Shown here: positions 57,612-64,000 of the stretch, in pieces
How positions within the stretch are numbered: position 1 is the stretch's first letter
How the letters are laid out: the number at the start of each line of letters is the position of its first letter
Assembly: GCA_037917685.1 (NCBI GenBank)
Contig: JAVCBU010000006.1
Coordinates: 320,001-384,000, forward strand
DNA: 64,000 nucleotides
From: Thermoproteota archaeon
GTDB taxonomy: Archaea; Korarchaeota; Korarchaeia; Korarchaeales; JAOZGB01
Reading direction: 5' to 3'
Made by a program: the position numbers and the translations under genes
Notes under the pieces: model-generated
Seen by the model: the letters and a program-made list of their open reading frames with translations, nothing else
Databases searched by the model: none
What the model was told of the DNA's origin: nothing

Positions 57612-59435
57612 CTATATGGTAATTAGGGCTGTCGCCCTTTGTCTGAGCAGGTATGTTGAGATTAAGATTGATGCCAGCTGAAGAAGCATAAGGATCACAC
57701 CTATAGCCGCTGTTAGGTGGGGGCCGCCTGCAAGCATGTATAAAACATCAAGCATCTTAAGTGTTATGGGGCCCTCCTCAGGCTTGGCGCTTCCTATGAC
57801 TATTCCAGTGCTTACCTCGTTCATACAATAAACGAATGATAGCATCCCACCTGCTAGGATGTTCATCCATACAAGCTTTAAGGATATGTCTAGGAAGGTT
57901 CTCGTCCTGCTGGCTCCGAGATTTAATGCTGCCTCTTCGAATTCCACATGGGTCTGCTCAAACCCCGCGAACGCTGCTCTAACTGTGAATGGAAACTTTC
58001 TGATAGTGTATGACAGTATCAACAATGGTATTGGACTTTTGAGAGGATCGAGTGGCGAGTTAAGAAATATCAGGAACAGGCCGGTTGCTATTACCACGCC
58101 TGGAATACTTATCGGAAGGGTTACAAGCGTGTCTAATGCGCTCATGCCTGGAATATGCTTTCTTGCTACAAGGTATGCGGCACTTGTCCCCAGTACTATT
58201 ATTAGGATTGTTGCAGCTGTAGAATAGGTTAGGCTGTTCGTGAACGCCCTTATGATTTCCTTGTCGGTAAATATTTCTTTAAAGTTGATAATGGTGAATT
58301 CTTCTGGTAGGAGCCTTGTACCCCAGTGCTCTGAGAAAGCAAGGAGGAATACACCTATATGAGGGAGTAGGGCGAAGAATAGTATTCCTACTAGCAGAAT
58401 GTATATTATGGCGCATTGGATTTTAGACGCCCTATTTACAACCCTTCTACCAGCTTCTCCCTTGCTGAGCATGGCGTACTTCCTCATACTAACATACTTC
58501 CGTATAATTACAAAACTAAACATTGATATCGAGAGTAGAATCGCAGCGAGCGCAGTAGCGTCAGGCCTTATAAGGCCTTTTGGAGTGAATATTTTTGTGA
58601 ATATCTGGTATGTGAGGGTTTTCTCAGCTGTTGTTCCCTGGAATATTATGGGAGTTCCAAGGTCCTCTATGCTTAGTATCAGTGTTAGTATCGCTCCAGC
58701 CTCTATTCCGGGGAGTGCAAGCGGCAGTGTTACCGTTCTAAACAAGTGAAACCCGTGGGCACCAAGATTTTTAGCCTGCTCCTCCATGGCAGGATCTATA
58801 TTCATGAATGCCGTGAAGGCATTCACGTACACAATAGGGTAGAACATCAACGTTTGGACGAACACTACAGCAGCTAAACCTTCTACTCCGATCTTGACCG
58901 GGAGAAGCCCGAGTTTCTCGTAGAATAATGTGTTTAGAAATCCATCGACATGTATCATTTTCCTAAGGCCTATGGCTCCTACGAAAGGTATTGACAACAT
59001 AGGGATCATTATGGCTATTCGGAAATATTCTTTGAGTGGAAAATCGTATCTGGAGAATATAAAGGCTAGAGTTACGCCGATTATCGTTGCAAATATCGTT
59101 GTGGAGATTCCTACGATGAGTGTGTTAGGGATAACGCCGATATCCGGTCCTGTGATTATTATTCTATTTCCTCCAGCCCTTCTATAGAAGGAAAGGGCCC
59201 TGCTGTCCAGGCTATGTGGGAAATAGAAAGCGTCGCTAAAGACTTGTTTAATCCAGAAGAATGAGAAGCTTCCTTCATGGACAAACGCGTGGTAAAGCAC
59301 GCTTACCAGAGGGATGATCATAAAAATGGTGAATATTGAGACAACTAAGACTAGCTGGGTTATTGATAAGCTGTCAAGTTCCCACTTAATCTCCCTAAGT
59401 CTAGCCCTTACATCGGCTGTTATCATCCTATCCAC
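57612..59435 (-). CDS. ABC transporter permease (FbpB/AfuB/ThiP-type duplicated)
   Basis: Two EAA loops (EEQAKNLGA, EEAALNLGA). Confidence 0.92.
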   Translation of the reverse strand: MDRMITADVRARLREIKWELDSLSITQLVLVVSIFTIFMIIPLVSVLYHAFVHEGSFSFFWIKQVFSDAFYFPHSLDSRALSFYRRAGGNRIIITGPDIGVIPNTLIVGISTTIFATIIGVTLAFIFSRYDFPLKEYFRIAIMIPMLSIPFVGAIGLRKMIHVDGFLNTLFYEKLGLLPVKIGVEGLAAVVFVQTLMFYPIVYVNAFTAFMNIDPAMEEQAKNLGAHGFHLFRTVTLPLALPGIEAGAILTLILSIEDLGTPIIFQGTTAEKTLTYQIFTKIFTPKGLIRPDATALAAILLSISMFSFVIIRKYVSMRKYAMLSKGEAGRRVVNRASKIQCAIIYILLVGILFFALLPHIGVFLLAFSEHWGTRLLPEEFTIINFKEIFTDKEIIRAFTNSLTYSTAATILIIVLGTSAAYLVARKHIPGMSALDTLVTLPISIPGVVIATGLFLIFLNSPLDPLKSPIPLLILSYTIRKFPFTVRAAFAGFEQTHVEFEEAALNLGASRTRTFLDISLKLVWMNILAGGMLSFVYCMNEVSTGIVIGSAKPEEGPITLKMLDVLYMLAGGPHLTAAIGVILMLLQLASILISTYLLRQRATALITI

Positions 59436-60804
59436 CGGCTATCAGCTTCTGAAGCTCGTTGTAAACCCTTTGATATTGTTCTCTAGCAGCATCTTTCCAC
59501 TTAACCATCTCCTGAGCTTGGAACTCAGAGTCCGTTCTAATCCTATCGTTTATGGACTGAGCGTACTCAACAGTCATCGTTACATTTCTACCATCCTCTG
59601 TCCACGTCACCGGAGTGCCCAGCATGTCGGCAAGCATCCAGAACTGATCTTCAGTTATTTTTCCATCCCTGTACGACTGAACCATGCTTCTCCACACATC
59701 AGAAAGCTCCGAGTGCAGGTCTGAGATCACAGCTTCGAAGTACGCCCGCATGGTAGCCTCATACGAGAGGGCGAGAGCGTCGCTGAACTCTATTCCAATA
59801 TTAGTAATCGTCAGATTATATAGTCTGTAAAGGTCAGGCCTTGCCTTCCCAGCTTCTGTTCTAAAGACCTCTCCCCTAACAGGCATCCTGTTAAGTTTAG
59901 GATTCAGCCAGTTAGCTTGACCCTCGACAGAGAGGACGTAAGCAATGAATGCCTCGGCTGCTTCCACGTGCTGGGTTCCATTGACCAGTGCTATCGGGTC
60001 TCCGTTGATGATGGTTTCTCCTTGGGGGAGTACATATTCAAGGTTGGGATCTTTGACCTGACTCGTGTAGCCATAGAAGTCTATGGCTATGGAAACTCCG
60101 ACCTCACCGGTTTCGACTGCGCTCCATGCCTCTACGCTTCCACCATACAACCTGCCGTTTGCCGCCATCCTGGTGATAAGCCTCCATCCATCCTCCCATC
60201 CAAACGCTTGGAGGATGATTTCATAGATTCTTGTATGGCTAGTTGACGTGAAAGGCTTCGCCATCGCTATTGTAGGAAAGTCCCGGAGGAAGTCGGGGGA
60301 TGCAAGATCCTCCCATGTCTGGGGTTTCTCTAACCCATACTTGTCGATGAAGTTATGGTTAACGATGAAACCGAAGGAGGAGATGGCAGATGCCACCCAT
60401 AAGACTCTTCCTTGATCATCGAATCTCTTCATCGGGCTTCCGGCGATATCATCTGGTATTGCATTAACCTCAGCCATAACTGTGCTTCCAGAGAGTGGCT
60501 GAAATAGATCTATATTTTCGTCAAACAGTGTGGGACCACCTCCCCATGCGATGTCTATCCCACCTCTTCCAATCACTGATCTCCAATACTGTGGCGGGGT
60601 GCCTATGAACTTTAGGTCGACAATATTGTACTGTTTTGCCAGATCTGTCTGCAGGAAAGCCTCCTCAAATATTAGTTGTATTGCCGTATCATGTCTGGTG
60701 ATTATGGTGAGAACCACACCTTCCTCTTTTGGCTTTCTGAAAACCATCAGCGCAGCTACAGCTATGATGACAAGGAGTATGGGGACAATAATCTTAGGCT
60801 TCAT
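59428..60804 (-). CDS. ABC substrate-binding protein (AfuA/Fe3+-type)
   Basis: N-terminal anchor, DIAWGGG, AISSFG, STSHT, IDFYG, INGDPIA. Confidence 0.88.
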   Translation of the reverse strand: MKPKIIVPILLVIIAVAALMVFRKPKEEGVVLTIITRHDTAIQLIFEEAFLQTDLAKQYNIVDLKFIGTPPQYWRSVIGRGGIDIAWGGGPTLFDENIDLFQPLSGSTVMAEVNAIPDDIAGSPMKRFDDQGRVLWVASAISSFGFIVNHNFIDKYGLEKPQTWEDLASPDFLRDFPTIAMAKPFTSTSHTRIYEIILQAFGWEDGWRLITRMAANGRLYGGSVEAWSAVETGEVGVSIAIDFYGYTSQVKDPNLEYVLPQGETIINGDPIALVNGTQHVEAAEAFIAYVLSVEGQANWLNPKLNRMPVRGEVFRTEAGKARPDLYRLYNLTITNIGIEFSDALALSYEATMRAYFEAVISDLHSELSDVWRSMVQSYRDGKITEDQFWMLADMLGTPVTWTEDGRNVTMTVEYAQSINDRIRTDSEFQAQEMVKWKDAAREQYQRVYNELQKLIAGG

Positions 60805-60907
60805 GGGTCACCACCTAGATGAGTCTTAGTAATGTAATTAAAATTTCACCACTAGACGGTTAACACTTCGTCGTAAAGCAACACTTAAAAAGTATTGTAT
60901 ATGGTAA

Positions 60908-61933
60908 ATGATGATCAGCATGAGAGAAGTAAAAATTGCTATCCTGATATCCCTACTCCTAGTTCCATCCGCTATCGTTGCGACTAACCTCTTCGTGAGC
61001 GCAGCGACACCGGCAAAGATAGTTCTCGAAAATACTACTGGAAGGACGTGGGATGGATACCATGACCAGCTGGGCTCCCTGGTCAGCGAGCTGCAGGCTA
61101 GGGGGTACGAGGTTGTTGTGGCAACCGACGGGATAACCGCCTCCATACTGCAGGGGGCCCAGGGGCTGATCATGATAAAGCCTAAGGACCCGTCAAGACC
61201 ATACACAAGTGAGGAGATCCAGGCTATTAAGGACTGGTTCAACCAAGGAGGAAAGTTCCTATGGGTTTCAAGCGATTCAGACTACATAGAGCCATTCCTA
61301 ACCGAGACCACTTTCAAGACTGACTGGATGAACGGTATCCTTGAGGCCGTAGGGACACCGCTAAGGTTCGACTACTGCAGCGTAGAGGATCCGGTTGTAA
61401 ATGCTGGGGCTCCATACAGAGTTGTTTCGAACACTACGAACAAGGACCACCCTGACGCGGCCAAGATGACGGCTGGCGTTACAAACTACCTATTCCATGG
61501 GCCAACCGTGATATGCGGCTTCAAGGACGGCAAGCTCGTAAGGTTCGAAGAGATAGAGTCAGACGAGATATTCTGGATCTTCAAGACGAGTGAGAACGGC
61601 GTGATAGTTGACAACGACCCCGCCGTCGGGCCTAAGGCCTACGAGGTTGGGGAACAGGGAAGCTTCGTGATGATGGCCGCACACAAGTATGCTGGGCCCA
61701 ACAAGGATTGTAAGATAGTAGTTTCAGCTGAGGGGCCGTACGGAGACCACGGCTCATTCACGACATCCTACAAGGAAGTCGCGCTACAGGGGCCGACAGC
61801 AGTCCTACAGATAATTGACTGGGGTATGACTGTCGAGAAGCCGGCTGCCGCACTGCCAACAACCATGATCCTAGCAATCGTTGTAGTAATAATCATTATA
61901 ATCGTAGCAATGCTCCTGCTGAAGAAAAAATAG
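60908..61933 (+). CDS. secreted GATase-like (DUF4350-type) surface protein with C-terminal TM anchor
   Basis: Signal peptide, EIQAIKDWFNQGGK, DSDY, NAGAPYRV, LFHGP, hydrophobic tail + KKK. Confidence 0.7.
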   Translation: MMISMREVKIAILISLLLVPSAIVATNLFVSAATPAKIVLENTTGRTWDGYHDQLGSLVSELQARGYEVVVATDGITASILQGAQGLIMIKPKDPSRPYTSEEIQAIKDWFNQGGKFLWVSSDSDYIEPFLTETTFKTDWMNGILEAVGTPLRFDYCSVEDPVVNAGAPYRVVSNTTNKDHPDAAKMTAGVTNYLFHGPTVICGFKDGKLVRFEEIESDEIFWIFKTSENGVIVDNDPAVGPKAYEVGEQGSFVMMAAHKYAGPNKDCKIVVSAEGPYGDHGSFTTSYKEVALQGPTAVLQIIDWGMTVEKPAAALPTTMILAIVVVIIIIIVAMLLLKKK

Positions 61934-61952
61934 GGAGGATGAAGCGAGGCAG

Positions 61953-63650
61953 TCAGTCCCTTTTACCCCCCTTCTTTATCCATACTGCTATTGCAATTAC
62001 AGCTACGAGGACTCCTGCCACCAGTACCATCTTGTTTACTTGAATGCCGGTTTTTACCTGGATTGTTTCGACAGCTGTTTCATAGGTGTTTCCAGCCCAG
62101 TCTATGGCTGAAACCTTATATTCTATTGTTTTTACATCCTTTCCAAGCTTCACCTTGAAGTTTAGCCTTCCGCCTCCGGTTTTAACATCACTCTTCCATT
62201 CACCGTTTATTTTATAGTTTAGTCTGACTTCTTTAACTCCCCATCCCTTGTCTTCAGCGTACACGCCTACTTCGAAGATTATAGAGTCATCCTGCTTCGA
62301 CCACGTGGCTTCTTCAATGCTTACTTTAGGCCTGTCCTGGTCTTCGGAGTAGTAGCATTTAACACTGGAACTACCGCCAGGGCTTATTGTGAGTTTTAGT
62401 TCAACATATCTCACTCCTTCGTAGACGTATTCAGAGCTCTTTTCTACACCCTCCACTTTGGCTTCCAAGCCCATGTCTTTCAGTCTTATGACAGGTCTAA
62501 GCTCTATTTCCTCATTGGTGGGGTTTCCAAAGGTTGCGGTCATGGCAACCATACTTCCATCATTCGGCATCTCCATGGCTGCGAATGAGCCAACCTCGTA
62601 AGTCTCCTGGTAAGATAGAGTTTCACCTTTCACTCTTATAACCCTGTTTTCAGCCTTTCCGTCAGACGGATTTGTTGGTGAAACAGTGACGATCTCGACA
62701 ACGTTGTCGTATTTCGTAACTTTGTTCCTATGGATGTGGCCTGCCAGTATGTAAACGTTTTCCCTACTGTTGAGGATTTTTAGGAGATCATCTGTTCCGC
62801 TGGGGTCGTTCTCCTTTAGAGAGTCGATGGGGTGATGGAACAAGACGAATACATGCTTACCCTTCAGTTTAGGCAGCACTTCAGCTAGCCAGCTTCTCTG
62901 ATCTTCCCTTATAATCCCGTTGCCCGAGTTCAGTATGACAATTGATATGGGTCCCACCTCCCTATACGCTATGGCCTCCCCTTCGTATTTTATAAAGAGG
63001 TCTGGCTTGTTGTTTACAAAATCGTTGTTGCCGCATACAAGTATAGCTGGAACTTCCAGCTGCAGCAGTTCATCCATGAATGCCTGGAACTGTGTCTCAT
63101 TCCTGGTATAGTCGACCTGGTCTCCGACGAATATTGCTAGGTCTGGCCTGAAACTGTTGATGTCATCTACTACTTTCCTCAAGCCTTTAACCATTTTCCA
63201 CATATGTGGCAGTAGGCTGTAATGTACGTCACCGATAACCATTATTGTAAGTTCGTCGGTGAACCTTCTTACGACCACAGAGTGAGGCTCAACTAGCGTT
63301 TGACCGTCAGCGACGACCTCAAGGTCAAAGAGCCCGATTGCGTTATCAGGAGGCCTAACAACGAGTAATGCTTCTCCACCGGTCTTTGAAGATCTTATAA
63401 TTGTTGCTGCACCCCTCCAGGTTCTATTTCTTAGATAGACCTCCCAGCTTGAAGCTTCCAGTTCAACGGTGACGTTGAAGGCCCCTCCAGGCTCTATGAA
63501 AACTGGGGTGCCCATCCTCGGTGATTCGATTCCGCTGATCGATTTTTGATGTGTAATTGCATTAGCCCTGGTGGGTATTATTAAACATAGCAAGAGTAGT
63601 ATCGCGATTTTTCTCATATTTATCCCAGTAGGCATTATCCACACTTCCAT
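61953..63650 (-). CDS. surface calcineurin-like metallophosphoesterase with C-terminal TM anchor
   Basis: GDVH, GDQVD, GNND, HHP, GHIH; signal peptide; likely start ATG near 63617. Confidence 0.82.
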   Translation of the reverse strand: MEVWIMPTGINMRKIAILLLLCLIIPTRANAITHQKSISGIESPRMGTPVFIEPGGAFNVTVELEASSWEVYLRNRTWRGAATIIRSSKTGGEALLVVRPPDNAIGLFDLEVVADGQTLVEPHSVVVRRFTDELTIMVIGDVHYSLLPHMWKMVKGLRKVVDDINSFRPDLAIFVGDQVDYTRNETQFQAFMDELLQLEVPAILVCGNNDFVNNKPDLFIKYEGEAIAYREVGPISIVILNSGNGIIREDQRSWLAEVLPKLKGKHVFVLFHHPIDSLKENDPSGTDDLLKILNSRENVYILAGHIHRNKVTKYDNVVEIVTVSPTNPSDGKAENRVIRVKGETLSYQETYEVGSFAAMEMPNDGSMVAMTATFGNPTNEEIELRPVIRLKDMGLEAKVEGVEKSSEYVYEGVRYVELKLTISPGGSSSVKCYYSEDQDRPKVSIEEATWSKQDDSIIFEVGVYAEDKGWGVKEVRLNYKINGEWKSDVKTGGGRLNFKVKLGKDVKTIEYKVSAIDWAGNTYETAVETIQVKTGIQVNKMVLVAGVLVAVIAIAVWIKKGGKRD

Positions 63651-63677
63651 TTAAAATCATAGGCGGTGAGGACACTA

Positions 63678-64000
63678 TTAAACGAGTCTTTTAAATGCTT
63701 CGATCTCTTCAACGAGGGGCTTCGGCGGCCTAACGCCTCTCTGCCACTGATATATCCCTCTGTATGGTTTTTCGACCTTGTTTAGGCATTTAAGAAAGAT
63801 TACATGGAGGAATCTTATCCCAGGGTAGACCTTTACAGGGAAGTCGTGTGTCCAGTAGACCTCTATGGTGAGCTGGCCTTTGAAGCCTGCGTCAACATAG
63901 GTTGTCGGGGAGGTGAAGCCGAGCCTTGCGATAGTGGAGCGTAGTCCGCATATCGCCATAAGGTCGTCCGGCATCTCCACAACCTCTATCGTTGTAAATA
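63678..64000 (-). CDS. dcd: dCTP deaminase, 5' truncated by window edge
   Basis: LRSTIARLG, VDAGFKGQLTIE, YRGIYQWQRG. Confidence 0.88.
   Translation of the reverse strand, partial: FTTIEVVEMPDDLMAICGLRSTIARLGFTSPTTYVDAGFKGQLTIEVYWTHDFPVKVYPGIRFLHVIFLKCLNKVEKPYRGIYQWQRGVRPPKPLVEEIEAFKRLV

Noticed and set aside
59630-59690. SHOCT-like YRDGKITEDQF inside the ABC binding protein
   Set aside because: It is extracellular and embedded in the binding-protein fold; a short motif match that is probably unrelated.
9704-60829. Many antisense or nested ORFs of 60-195 aa (e.g. 9704-10291, 16724-17251, 34527-35045, 38439-38987, 55142-55579)
   Set aside because: Ser/Pro/Ile-rich shadows of well-supported genes on the opposite strand, with no recognisable motifs.

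Overview
Gene-dense archaeal chromosomal window. A TACK/Thermoproteota-type archaeon is inferred from the gins23-mcm operon, CdvA-like and TackOD1-like proteins, a GAT-type proteasome beta subunit and a D-loop tRNA intron. Most genes are housekeeping: tRNA modification and processing (TrmI, TGT-like, Trm10G/Trm11, RNase Z, Taw1), replication (Hel308, MCM with a 432-aa intein, GINS), a full molybdenum/tungsten-cofactor cluster, CofE, GcvT, PsmB, S17e and an Fe3+/AfuABC-type ABC transporter. The most unusual region is 1.8-9.3 kb. It is a type IV pilus locus (PilC/FlaJ-like platform, pilin, assembly ATPase) with an embedded MinD ATPase, a membrane-anchored HEPN protein with an intact RxxxxH motif, a SHOCT/CdvA-like coiled-coil protein and a SHOCT-TackOD1 zinc-ribbon protein. 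The locus is centred on a sharp, origin-like inversion of strand compositional skew, next to a T-rich tract and a perfect 18-bp inverted repeat. A second skew inversion lies near the intron-containing tRNA-Pro(GGG), which is flanked by a small decayed MNT-HEPN island. All family calls come from motif recognition by eye, with no database search.
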